Below the pieces are notes generated by a model, which had not been told where the DNA came from, made no database searches, and saw nothing but the letters and a program-made list of their open reading frames with translations. DNA of 64,000 nt from the NCBI GenBank assembly GCA_021799575.1, contig JAJZAD010000004.1, forward strand, positions 7,062 to 71,061. Reading direction: 5' to 3'. The position numbers were made by a program, and so were the translations under genes. Below are positions 34,161 through 43,425 of the stretch, one piece after another. Position 1 is the first letter of the stretch. The number at the start of each line of letters is the position of its first letter. This stretch comes from a bacterium (lineage in GTDB: Bacteria > Patescibacteriota > Saccharimonadia > Saccharimonadales > UBA4665).

Positions 34161-34844
34161 ATGATATTACTTGACAGGGTAAGTAAGACTTACTCCAAAA
34201 GTGGCAAACCGTCACTTGATCGGATTAGTCTGCATGTCGAACCTAAAGAATTTGTCATAGTAGTCGGACAAAGCGGGGCAGGTAAAACTACGCTGATGCG
34301 TTTATTAACCCGAGAAGAAAAACAGACCTCCGGCAAAATTATAGTTGGAGGAATCGACTACGATAAATTAAAAGACAAAGAAATACCCATATTACGGCGT
34401 AAAATAGGTGTGGTATTTCAGGACTTTAAGCTGTTACCGGACAAAAACGTATTCGAGAACATAGCTTTTGCACTGGAAATTGTAGGTGTCAGTAACAGTG
34501 AGATAAGAAATACTGTACCTAAAGTGCTTGACATAGTTAACCTAACAGGAAAGGAATCCAACATGCCTTTGGAGTTATCGGGCGGCGAACGTCAGAGGGT
34601 GGCAATAGCCAGAGCGATTGTGCGTCAACCGAAGATCCTGATTGCCGATGAGCCAACCGGAAACCTTGACCCCAAACATGCTTGGGACGTAATTAAGATA
34701 CTGGAGAAGATTAATCGTTACGGTACTACGGTTTTACTTACTACCCACAACCAGGAAATAGTAAATAAGCTAAAGCGTCGCGTAGTGACTGTTAAGGAAG
34801 GTAAAATCGTCAGCGATAGAGCACACGCGAGCTATAAAATATAG
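34161..34844 (+). CDS. ftsE: Cell division ABC ATPase FtsE
   Basis: 227 aa with Walker A GQSGAGKTTL and the ABC signature LSGGERQRVAIARA. The N-terminus is collinear with E. coli FtsE. Confidence 0.93.
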   Translation: MILLDRVSKTYSKSGKPSLDRISLHVEPKEFVIVVGQSGAGKTTLMRLLTREEKQTSGKIIVGGIDYDKLKDKEIPILRRKIGVVFQDFKLLPDKNVFENIAFALEIVGVSNSEIRNTVPKVLDIVNLTGKESNMPLELSGGERQRVAIARAIVRQPKILIADEPTGNLDPKHAWDVIKILEKINRYGTTVLLTTHNQEIVNKLKRRVVTVKEGKIVSDRAHASYKI

Positions 34845-34869
34845 AGGTAAGCAATTTTAGGTAACAGAC

Positions 34870-35817
34870 TTGAGCGGTAAACGAAAGTTAATTACATTTT
34901 GGCGGGTTATTCGAAACGGGGCAGTTAATTTTATCCGTAATATTTCTTTAGCTATTGCCGCTATGGCGATCATGGTAGTTACGCTTACGATCGTACTGTT
35001 CTCCTGGATCGTTAACTCTACCTTTACCCATACTATTAATCAGATTACCGGCAAAATAGATATCTCAGTCTATCTAAACGATAATGTCAATCAAGCTCAA
35101 ACCGGCAAGCTATTAAAAGAAATTAAGTCGCTATCTAATGTTGCCAGTGTGCAATATTTGTCTAAATCACAGGTACTAGCTCAATATGAGCAACAAAATG
35201 CATCCAATAAACAATTAATTGAGGCGGTCAGCGAGACTAATAACCCTCTTCCAGCCACGATAATCATTAAACCGATAAATTTAAATGATCTAGAATCAAT
35301 CAAAAATTTTTTAGATCAACCCAAAATTACCGGTTTGGAATCAGCACCTACCAGTTACAGCGGGCAAGAGAAAGAAGCGATCGACAGAATAACTCATGCG
35401 ACCAATGTTCTTAGAGAGATCGGGTTTATTGCCGTAATCGTCTTTGCAATCGTAAGTGTGCTCATTATCTTCAATACTATCCAAATGGCAATTTTCAACC
35501 GTCGTGATGAAATTCATATTATGCGATTATTAGGGGCCGGAACAGCATATATCCGGGGACCTTTTATTGTCGAAAGTATTATTTACGGTGTGTTAGCGGC
35601 TTTAATATCAATCCTAATTATTAATTCAGCCTTTCAGGCGAGCAGCGGAACCCTCCAAGCCAGTAGCCTAGGGCTATTGGACATTAATTACGCCAACACC
35701 TTTTTTACTAACCATTTTTTGACCTTGTTGACGGCTCAAGTTGGTATTGGTATGGTTATAGGAGCCGTTTCTTCATTTATTGCTACCAGACGGTATCTAA
35801 AATTTAAAATCAGATAA
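34870..35817 (+). CDS. ftsX: Cell division permease-like protein FtsX
   Basis: 315 aa with a TTG start. It has one N-terminal TM segment, a large extracytoplasmic loop and three C-terminal TM segments, and it follows ftsE. Confidence 0.88.
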   Translation: MSGKRKLITFWRVIRNGAVNFIRNISLAIAAMAIMVVTLTIVLFSWIVNSTFTHTINQITGKIDISVYLNDNVNQAQTGKLLKEIKSLSNVASVQYLSKSQVLAQYEQQNASNKQLIEAVSETNNPLPATIIIKPINLNDLESIKNFLDQPKITGLESAPTSYSGQEKEAIDRITHATNVLREIGFIAVIVFAIVSVLIIFNTIQMAIFNRRDEIHIMRLLGAGTAYIRGPFIVESIIYGVLAALISILIINSAFQASSGTLQASSLGLLDINYANTFFTNHFLTLLTAQVGIGMVIGAVSSFIATRRYLKFKIR

Positions 35818-35966
35818 TTAAGTCACCGATTCCGGGTGGAAAACAAGCAACATAGGTAACTTTTTAAATATCGTGCCCGGAGGGGAAAAATTAAGAGCCT
35901 TTTTTGCAAAAGGACATAGCGATGTTATCGTTTGTAAGATAGACTCGCGGTTTTTAGATAGATCAC

Positions 35967-37280
35967 ATGTTTAAGAAAGGTGAATTTTTGACAAAACGCG
36001 ATATAATTAAGTCACGAGGCCAAAACAAAAACCTATATATGAAAAACCGTATTGCTAAAGCTTTAGGCCATATGCGCCCCGGTTTTATCGCTCTGACTCT
36101 AAGCGTGCTGGTGCTTGCGTTAATCGCTATACCCGGTGCTAGGGCGGATTATTACCAAAGCCAAATTAACTCGCTAAATTCCCAAAATGCTCAGGCGCAG
36201 TCAGCACTTAACGATTTACAAGTACTAGCCAATAATTACCAGCAGGCTATTAACGCCTATCAGACGCAGATTAACAGTATCGATAACGCTATAGCTGCCG
36301 ATCAGGCAAAGTTGGCTCAGTACGAACAGGAAATTGCTGCCGATAACGCAAAAATAGCCCAGAATAAACAATATTTAGCCGATGATTTAAAAACCATGTA
36401 TGTACAGGGTCAAATGTCGATGATCGAACAATTGGCAACCAGTCAGAATCTGAGTACATTTGTTAATAAACAGGAGTATGATATAAAGCTTCAGGATAAC
36501 CTGGACAGTATACTGACTGTTGTCCAGAATCTTCAGCAACAAGCCCAGGTTAATAAAGCTCAGGTAACAGCTTTACTGGCGACCGAGAAGTCTCAACAAG
36601 CGCTGGTCGCCGCCGATCAAAATCAAGTTAGTTATCTGTTGGGATTAAATCAGCAGCAACAAGCCAACTATAATTCCCAGATTGCCGCCAATAACCAGCA
36701 AATTGCGGTACTTGAAGCCGAGCAAGCTGCAGCGTTCGCATCAATAACAAGAAGCGTAAACGTAACGGCATCAGGAGGTAGCGGCGGAGCATGCGATATA
36801 GGACAAGGCAACGGCGGCTACCCTTATGCATGGTGCAATGCACCCAAAGATTCGATATATGATGCTTTCGGAATTCAAAACCGTGAATGTACCTCTTTTG
36901 CGAACTGGTATTTTGTAGATGTGGAAGGGCAAAGTAACTTCAGTGCCAGCGGTAATGCTGGCTGGTGGTGGGAAACTAATAGTTACGGTGCAGCCAGTAC
37001 TTATCCGGATGTGAAAGTCGGTGCAATAGGCGTTGAACCCTCCAGTGTACTAAATGCTCCAGTGCCGAGTCTGCATGGTAGCTATTATGGACATGTGATG
37101 ATCGTATTGGCTTTACCGGGTACGACGTACAACGGACAGTTCCCATATACTAGTGCCGCTACCGGAACTTATGTGCCCAACGGCTATGTCTTGGTGATGA
37201 GTATGAATGAGGACGAAGCAGGGCATTTTATGTACACACTTTGGCCGGCTGACTATCTAATGTATATAAATCCGCAATAA
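35967..37280 (+). CDS. Coiled-coil + CHAP-domain peptidoglycan hydrolase (PcsB-like architecture)
   Basis: 437 aa with a signal/TM segment and about 230 aa of Q/A/N-rich heptad-like coiled coil. The C-terminal CHAP-like domain has NRECTSFANWYF (Cys) and GHVMIVLAL (His). The start is uncertain; an alternative ATG lies at 36039. Confidence 0.75.
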   Translation: MFKKGEFLTKRDIIKSRGQNKNLYMKNRIAKALGHMRPGFIALTLSVLVLALIAIPGARADYYQSQINSLNSQNAQAQSALNDLQVLANNYQQAINAYQTQINSIDNAIAADQAKLAQYEQEIAADNAKIAQNKQYLADDLKTMYVQGQMSMIEQLATSQNLSTFVNKQEYDIKLQDNLDSILTVVQNLQQQAQVNKAQVTALLATEKSQQALVAADQNQVSYLLGLNQQQQANYNSQIAANNQQIAVLEAEQAAAFASITRSVNVTASGGSGGACDIGQGNGGYPYAWCNAPKDSIYDAFGIQNRECTSFANWYFVDVEGQSNFSASGNAGWWWETNSYGAASTYPDVKVGAIGVEPSSVLNAPVPSLHGSYYGHVMIVLALPGTTYNGQFPYTSAATGTYVPNGYVLVMSMNEDEAGHFMYTLWPADYLMYINPQ

Positions 37281-37348
37281 AAAAACTTTCTAAAAAACGA
37301 TAAGTTAACATACAATAATTATTAAGTTTTTAGTTTCGGTAGCTCGGT

Positions 37349-38581
37349 ATGGTTACCCGGAAAAAAAGGAGGGGAATGAGTTTTTTGTCTAAATTAAGCC
37401 GGTTAATTAAACGTTACAGGCTGGCTTTTGAAGTAGTTGCCGGTCTGATTTTACTGTTCGGTGTGTACGCTTTAGGATTAAATATAGGTAACGGCAACTT
37501 GAATTTCGGAACGGGTAATGGACAAAACTCCGGCTTACCGGACCAGCTAAACTATTCATCCGTCAATCAGGAATACCGGGCTTTAATTGATAACTATGAC
37601 GGTAAACTCACTACCACTCAATTGCTTAACGGTATAAAAGAAGGCTTGGCTAACGCCGTGGGTGATCCTTATACGGAATACTTTACCGCCCAACAGGCAA
37701 AAGCTTTTAATAACGCTTTGAATAATTCTTTTAGTGGTATCGGAGCCGAACTGAGTGCTAATGCACACCAGCAGATAGTAGTGGTTTCTCCCTTGAAGGA
37801 TTCACCGGCTGCAAACGCCGGTTTACAACCAAACGACATCATACTTGATATAAACGGTAAATCCACTTCGGGAATGAATTTAGATCAAGCGGTATCTGAC
37901 ATACGCGGTAAGGCGGGTACGTCAGTTAACTTGACCGTGGATCGCGGAGGTCGTCAGCTCAGCTTTAATATTAAACGCTCGAACATTACGGTTCCCAGTG
38001 TCAACTACAAACTGCTAGCTAACAATATTGGTTATATTTCTATCTATAGCTTTGCCGATGACACAGCTAGTTTAATTAATCAAGCAGCTTTATATATGCA
38101 TAGCCACAAAGTCAAGGGAATCATACTGGATCTTAGAAATAATCCGGGAGGATTGGTAACTGCCGCCGTAGCGACGGCCAGTGAATGGTTAAAACCAGGT
38201 CAGGAGGTTATGCAGGAAAGGCAGGGTAGTGTAGTTACCCAGACATATGATGCTACAGGTGGAGATATTCTCCACGGTATACCAACTGTAGTGTTAGTCA
38301 ATGGCGGTTCGGCATCCGCCAGCGAAATTACCGCCGGCGCACTTCACGATAATCACGACGCCTACGTTATTGGTACAAAAACATTCGGTAAAGGCGTAGT
38401 CCAACAACTAATTAGTCTTAGCGGTGGGGGCGAACTTAAAGTTACGGTTGCCTCATGGTATAGACCAGACGGAGAAAACATTAACCACAAAGGCATAACG
38501 CCAGACGAAATTGTCAAAGAGGGTACGAACGGGACAGATAATCAGCTTATAGCTGCGGAACAGTACCTGGCCAATAAATAA
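37349..38581 (+). CDS. ctpA: Carboxy-terminal processing (tail-specific) protease, S41, with PDZ
   Basis: 410 aa with a TM anchor, a PDZ segment, GSASASEITAGAL (Ser) and TFGKGVVQ (Lys). Confidence 0.88.
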   Translation: MVTRKKRRGMSFLSKLSRLIKRYRLAFEVVAGLILLFGVYALGLNIGNGNLNFGTGNGQNSGLPDQLNYSSVNQEYRALIDNYDGKLTTTQLLNGIKEGLANAVGDPYTEYFTAQQAKAFNNALNNSFSGIGAELSANAHQQIVVVSPLKDSPAANAGLQPNDIILDINGKSTSGMNLDQAVSDIRGKAGTSVNLTVDRGGRQLSFNIKRSNITVPSVNYKLLANNIGYISIYSFADDTASLINQAALYMHSHKVKGIILDLRNNPGGLVTAAVATASEWLKPGQEVMQERQGSVVTQTYDATGGDILHGIPTVVLVNGGSASASEITAGALHDNHDAYVIGTKTFGKGVVQQLISLSGGGELKVTVASWYRPDGENINHKGITPDEIVKEGTNGTDNQLIAAEQYLANK

Positions 38582-38721
38582 ACCTAAGCGATAGATTGTA
38601 CCATGCTAAATATCCGGACTTAGGCCATATAAATAAAAACCGATTTATTCCTAAAAACTTAGGGTAGTATAAAGAAAACGAATATGGTAACATCTCTAAA
38701 GTATTAAGAGGTAGTTCACCG

Positions 38722-40338
38722 GTGGCACTAAGTAAAACCAAATACATTTTTGTTACTGGTGGAGTTCTTTCCGGCCTAGGTAAGGGTATAACGGCTGCTT
38801 CAATTGGCAACCTATTAAGGTCCCGGGATTTGAGTGTCAATTTGCAAAAATGTGACCCCTACCTTAACGTTGATGCGGGACTGCTTAATCCGAGGGAACA
38901 CGGAGAAGTCTTTGTTACTAAAGACGGTGCTGAAACTGATTTGGATCTAGGACACTACGAGCGTTTTACCGGAGAAGAGATGACTCAAGCCAGTTCTCTT
39001 ATGGCAGGCAGAGTACTAGCCAAAGTGATTGCTGACGAAAGGGCGGGCAAATATCACGGGGATGATGTACAGATCATTCCGCACTTAACCGCTGCTATCC
39101 AGGAATATATTGAGGCGGCAGGTAATGGCTATGACGTTCATATAATTGAAATTGGCGGGACCGTCGGGGATTACGAATCACTTAGTTTTATAGAGGCCAT
39201 AAGAGAATTTGCAATTAAGGTAGGTAGAGAAAATTGTCTATATGTTCATGTCGTATATCTGCCTTTTCTCTCAGCTTCGCAGGAAATCAAAACTAAACCG
39301 GCTCAAAATTCTGTACGTGAACTCCGAGGCTTAGGCATTCTACCTGACATTTTAGTGGCCAGAAGTGAGGTTCCGGCCAATGGTGCTGCAAAACGGAAGC
39401 TAAGTTTATTTTCGGGAGTGAACGAAGATTCAATCGTCCTATTACCGAACGCTAAGATTATTTACGAGGTACCGTTGACACTCGAAGACAGCGGGATAGG
39501 AAGGGTAATCACTCAAAAGCTCAATATTGCCGTTGGAAAACCTGCACGTTTAGACCAGTGGCGAAAAATGGTATCCAAGGCCAACAAAAACTACAAGCGA
39601 CAGGTATGCGTGGGTTTAGTAGCTAAATATTTGGATAATAGCGATACGTATATGTCGGTGAACGAGGCTCTTAAGTCGGCTGCATGGTGTAACAATACAG
39701 GTATTAAACTGGTTTGGATTGATGCCGTAAACTTAGGTGAAACCAAAGATGTCAAGACAGCCCTAAAAGAATGCGATGCAATTATTGTACCCGGAGGTTT
39801 TGGAAAACGCGGTGTAGAAGGAAAGATTGCTGCCGCACAGTATGCGCTGGTTAATAATATTCCCTATCTTGGTTTGTGCTACGGTTTACATATGGCTGTT
39901 ATTGCCGCGGCTCGTATAGGCGGACTTAAAGGGGCAAATACGACCGAAGTCGATCCCGATACCAAGTATCCGGTTATCGATACCATGGCAGACCAAAGAG
40001 GTAAGGAGAATACCGGGGGAACCATGCGGCTGGGTAACTATAAATGTAAACTGGCTCCTGACAGTTTAACTGCCAGACTATATGGTAAAACAGACATTGT
40101 AGAGAGACACAGACACAGGTGGGAGTGTAACCCGAAGTATGTCGATTCCTATGAGGATTGGGGTATAAGAGCAGTAGGATTTAATCCTGGTACGGGGTTG
40201 GTGGAGGTCGTTGAGGGGATTAAGCATCCGTATTTTATAGGAAGCCAATTTCATCCGGAGTTTAAATCCAGACCTACAGTATGTCATCCATTATTTGGCG
40301 GATTAATTAAAGCTGCCTTGCAAAAAGAGCGCCGATAG
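38722..40338 (+). CDS. pyrG: CTP synthase
   Basis: 538 aa with a GTG start preceded by AAGAGG. It has KYIFVTGGVLSGLGKGI and the glutaminase Cys in GLCYGLHM. Confidence 0.96.
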   Translation: MALSKTKYIFVTGGVLSGLGKGITAASIGNLLRSRDLSVNLQKCDPYLNVDAGLLNPREHGEVFVTKDGAETDLDLGHYERFTGEEMTQASSLMAGRVLAKVIADERAGKYHGDDVQIIPHLTAAIQEYIEAAGNGYDVHIIEIGGTVGDYESLSFIEAIREFAIKVGRENCLYVHVVYLPFLSASQEIKTKPAQNSVRELRGLGILPDILVARSEVPANGAAKRKLSLFSGVNEDSIVLLPNAKIIYEVPLTLEDSGIGRVITQKLNIAVGKPARLDQWRKMVSKANKNYKRQVCVGLVAKYLDNSDTYMSVNEALKSAAWCNNTGIKLVWIDAVNLGETKDVKTALKECDAIIVPGGFGKRGVEGKIAAAQYALVNNIPYLGLCYGLHMAVIAAARIGGLKGANTTEVDPDTKYPVIDTMADQRGKENTGGTMRLGNYKCKLAPDSLTARLYGKTDIVERHRHRWECNPKYVDSYEDWGIRAVGFNPGTGLVEVVEGIKHPYFIGSQFHPEFKSRPTVCHPLFGGLIKAALQKERR

Positions 40339-40353
40339 TTTACCTTAAGCTGT

Positions 40354-40749
40354 ATGGATGAACTGAAAGACGATACTCATAAAAGGATATTGTTAGTAGA
40401 AGATGATGACGGCCTGGCAAACGTCTATGTAACTCGTCTAGAAGCTGAGGGTTTTAATGTACGGAGGGTTGCTGACGGAGAAGATGCCCTAGCGGCTGCA
40501 GTTAACTATCATCCCGATCTGGTATTGCTTGACGTAATGATGCCCAAGGTTAGTGGTTTTGATGTGCTAGATATACTAAGGAATACTCCGGAAACTGCCA
40601 AGCTGAAGGTTATTATGCTCACCGCACTTAGTCAGGATAGCGATAAACAAAGAGCTCAAAGTTTAGGAGTTGACGATTATTTGGTTAAATCTCAAGTTGT
40701 CATCGCTGACGTTATCGATAGGATTCGTCACCATCTAGGACTTAATTAA
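40354..40749 (+). CDS. Stand-alone response-regulator receiver (CheY-like), canonical residues
   Basis: 131 aa with ILLVEDDD, DLVLLDVMMP, IMLTALS and YLVKS. There is no output domain and no kinase gene adjacent. Confidence 0.85.
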   Translation: MDELKDDTHKRILLVEDDDGLANVYVTRLEAEGFNVRRVADGEDALAAAVNYHPDLVLLDVMMPKVSGFDVLDILRNTPETAKLKVIMLTALSQDSDKQRAQSLGVDDYLVKSQVVIADVIDRIRHHLGLN

Positions 40750-41014
40750 CGCTTACCTCGGTACGCCTTACCGATTTACCGGTAAATAAACGGACTTTAC
40801 GTGTTTTGTAGCTGACTATTCCGTCGCGAGCAGCGTGGATGGTGTAGTTGTGACTCATTTTAGTACCAGCTCCCGGTCTTTTAGTCATGCCGACTTGCCG
40901 GACTATTACCTGACCGACTTTAACTTGTTGGCCACCGAATAGTTTGACTCCTAAACGTTGACCCGGAGAGTCGTGAACATTTTTAGCTGTACCGCCTGCT
41001 TTTACGTGGGACAT
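40742..41014 (-). CDS. rpmA: 50S ribosomal protein L27
   Basis: 90 aa with SHVKAGGTAKNVHDSPGQRLGVKLFGG. It overlaps the receiver gene convergently by 8 bp, with both stops inside TTAATTAA at 40742-40749. Confidence 0.93.
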   Translation of the reverse strand: MSHVKAGGTAKNVHDSPGQRLGVKLFGGQQVKVGQVIVRQVGMTKRPGAGTKMSHNYTIHAARDGIVSYKTRKVRLFTGKSVRRTEVSVN

Positions 41015-41027
41015 AGAGAGTATTCCT

Positions 41028-42305
41028 TTAGATCTTAGTTAATACTAACAGCTCCCGCGCCACTCTTTGATCTGGCCGATAATAAATTAATTGTTCGTCG
41101 GGAGCATGAACAAAACTTACCCGATTATAGCCAATCACCTCTAGAGAGTCAATAAGCGGCAAGTGGGTGAATCTACCGTTACTGTTGCGCCACGCCGGTA
41201 CGGCCAGACAAAGCCGGCTACCTTTATCGATTTGCTGATAAATATTAGCCAAGAATCCTTGGATTATGTCGTTACATTCCGCAATCACCGGTTTTAAATC
41301 ATTAATTTTTACCGAAGCCGGTAGAGGCTTACCTAGAAAGGTCTCGCTAGCAATAAAATCGGGTCCGAGCGTCCAGTGATGCTTAGTGGCATCTGCAGGG
41401 TATATAGTGATCGAAACGTCTGGGTTTAACGGTGTTTGGGGCAGTTTAGCTAGCCATTTTATATTGGCTTTGGCATAATTTACCATCCGTACATTAATGT
41501 CCGTCCCGATACTGTCGTAGCCCATAATTCCAGCCTCTTGTATGATTACCCCGGTGCCGCAGAACGGATCCAATAATCGATCTTTAAAATGAATTTTTTG
41601 TAACGGTATCCCACGCGGTGTTGCGCATATCGATCGTTCGGCTGCTTTAGGTAGTAAACCGACGCTGAGATTAATAATGATTTGAGCTAGTTTGGGCGGC
41701 AACATACCTACTTTGGGATCGCGAGCCGGTCGTCCTTGATCCCGTCGGCCGTAAGCTGCAATATCCTGAGTTTTGATAGTTTGTCCAATAACCGTCGATT
41801 TACCGTTTTTGATTAACAGTAACTCCCAACCATTTTCATCTGTTAAATGGTTATGAATGACCTGAGCGCTGTTCAAATATGTTTCTTTGTTGGGTACTAC
41901 TCTCACACTGCGGCCGGTATTTTTGATAGCTAGTTTAAGTGCAATAGCCATCGCTTGAACTTGCTTAGCTGAAGCATTAAACCCATATGCGCTGATGCCT
42001 AAATTCAGCTTGCCTTTGGGAATAAGCTGACTCTGCTTCGGACCGGTTGTGCGTAAAAAGCGGTCTATCTCATGCCATTCGGAAGTTTCTAATTCGGTTA
42101 GTATTTTTGCGAACTTGACGCCTCCACCTAAGCGATCGAAAGCCAAAAGACACGGGTCAATATCTAAAACCGCGGCCTGTAATCCTAACGGTCTGACTTT
42201 TTCTGCTCCGTACAGACTTTCCAGTTCGGCTATACCCAAATAAGGCTGACGTCCTAAGATAACCAGGCTTTGCATACTGGTAAATATATTAGCCTGAAAT
42301 TTCAA
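41028..42305 (-). CDS. Putative SAM-dependent RNA/DNA methyltransferase (Trm11/UPF0020-like core, divergent motif IV)
   Basis: 425 aa with MLPPKLAQIIINL followed by motif I LLDPFCGTGVIIQEAG. The expected (D/N)PPY position reads ASETFLGKP. The N-terminal ~180 aa are unassigned. Confidence 0.55.
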   Translation of the reverse strand: MKFQANIFTSMQSLVILGRQPYLGIAELESLYGAEKVRPLGLQAAVLDIDPCLLAFDRLGGGVKFAKILTELETSEWHEIDRFLRTTGPKQSQLIPKGKLNLGISAYGFNASAKQVQAMAIALKLAIKNTGRSVRVVPNKETYLNSAQVIHNHLTDENGWELLLIKNGKSTVIGQTIKTQDIAAYGRRDQGRPARDPKVGMLPPKLAQIIINLSVGLLPKAAERSICATPRGIPLQKIHFKDRLLDPFCGTGVIIQEAGIMGYDSIGTDINVRMVNYAKANIKWLAKLPQTPLNPDVSITIYPADATKHHWTLGPDFIASETFLGKPLPASVKINDLKPVIAECNDIIQGFLANIYQQIDKGSRLCLAVPAWRNSNGRFTHLPLIDSLEVIGYNRVSFVHAPDEQLIYYRPDQRVARELLVLTKI

Positions 42306-42348
42306 TTACGCTAAATTAAGCTAAGTTTCAGCTATAATGGTCTAGATC

Positions 42349-43425
42349 ATGAGCAAAACCTTAAGCTTCATCGTAAAGAGGTGGAGGCTTTTACTGAATA
42401 TTGTCACAGTAGTGGCACTGATTTTCCTGATTTATTTTATCCGTCACGATTTAGCTACCACATTTCGTAACTTATTACACGTCAACGGCTGGGCGATTTT
42501 CTTGATGGTGCCGATCGAAATGTTTAATTATCACTACCAGGCCAGGCTTTATCAGATGCTTTTCAGGATAGTAGGCAACAAATTGGACTACCGTTATTTG
42601 TTTCGGGCATCTCTTGAACTGGCATTTGTCAACCACGTATTTCCAAGTGGCGGTGTAGCCGGGATTTCTTATTTCAGTTTAAGGCTTAGAGATGAAGATA
42701 TCAGCGGCGCTAAAGCCAGTATGGTCCAGTTCATGAAGCTTTTGTTAACTATATTTTCATTTGAGATATTGGTTTTTATAAGTATCTTCTTCCTGGCCAT
42801 AGGAGGTAAGGTCAACAGTTTTACAATCCTGGTGGCCAGCATTCTATCCACTTTATTGTTAGTAGGGTCGGCTATGTTTATCTATATTATCGGCAACCGG
42901 CATCGGATCGGAGCGTTTCTTGAATACGTGACCGTAAAGCTTAACCGGTTGATAAGCCTAATCCCTAGCACTAAAAAAGAGGCTATTGACATCACTAAGG
43001 CGAGAATGGTTTTTGATGATTTTCACGAAACGTTTTCGGAAATGCGAAAAGATAAACGTAAAATGCGCAAGCCGCTACTTTATGCCTTGATGTTAAACAT
43101 TACCGAGATCTCAGTAATATATGTGGTGTTTATTGCGTTTGGCCATTTCATTAATCCAGGGGCGGTCATTTTAGCATATGGTGTCGCCAACTTTTCCGGT
43201 TTTATATCAGTTCTTCCAGGAGGGGTAGGTATATATGAAGCCTTAATGATAGCGGTATTGTTTACAGCGGGTGTTTCTACTGACCTGAGCTTACCGGTAA
43301 TTATTATGTATCGCGTGCTTAATACTCTCATCCAGCTTCCGCCGGGTTATTATTTTTACCAAAAGTATATTTCTCAGCACGGAAAACCGCCGAAAACCAG
43401 GGAGTATTATGGCAGAAGCAGTTGA
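42349..43425 (+). CDS. Polytopic membrane protein, flippase-like/UPF0104 (LPG-synthase TM-region-like)
   Basis: 358 aa with about 8 TM segments. Its pattern is reminiscent of the UPF0104 family, a weak assignment from memory. Confidence 0.45.
   Translation: MSKTLSFIVKRWRLLLNIVTVVALIFLIYFIRHDLATTFRNLLHVNGWAIFLMVPIEMFNYHYQARLYQMLFRIVGNKLDYRYLFRASLELAFVNHVFPSGGVAGISYFSLRLRDEDISGAKASMVQFMKLLLTIFSFEILVFISIFFLAIGGKVNSFTILVASILSTLLLVGSAMFIYIIGNRHRIGAFLEYVTVKLNRLISLIPSTKKEAIDITKARMVFDDFHETFSEMRKDKRKMRKPLLYALMLNITEISVIYVVFIAFGHFINPGAVILAYGVANFSGFISVLPGGVGIYEALMIAVLFTAGVSTDLSLPVIIMYRVLNTLIQLPPGYYFYQKYISQHGKPPKTREYYGRSS

Noticed and set aside
35818-35966. c-di-AMP (ydaO-type) riboswitch upstream of the CHAP hydrolase
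   Set aside because: The context is suggestive and there is a quasi-repeat, but I could not find the conserved ydaO core segments by eye. It is kept only as a low-interest flag for a covariance-model scan.
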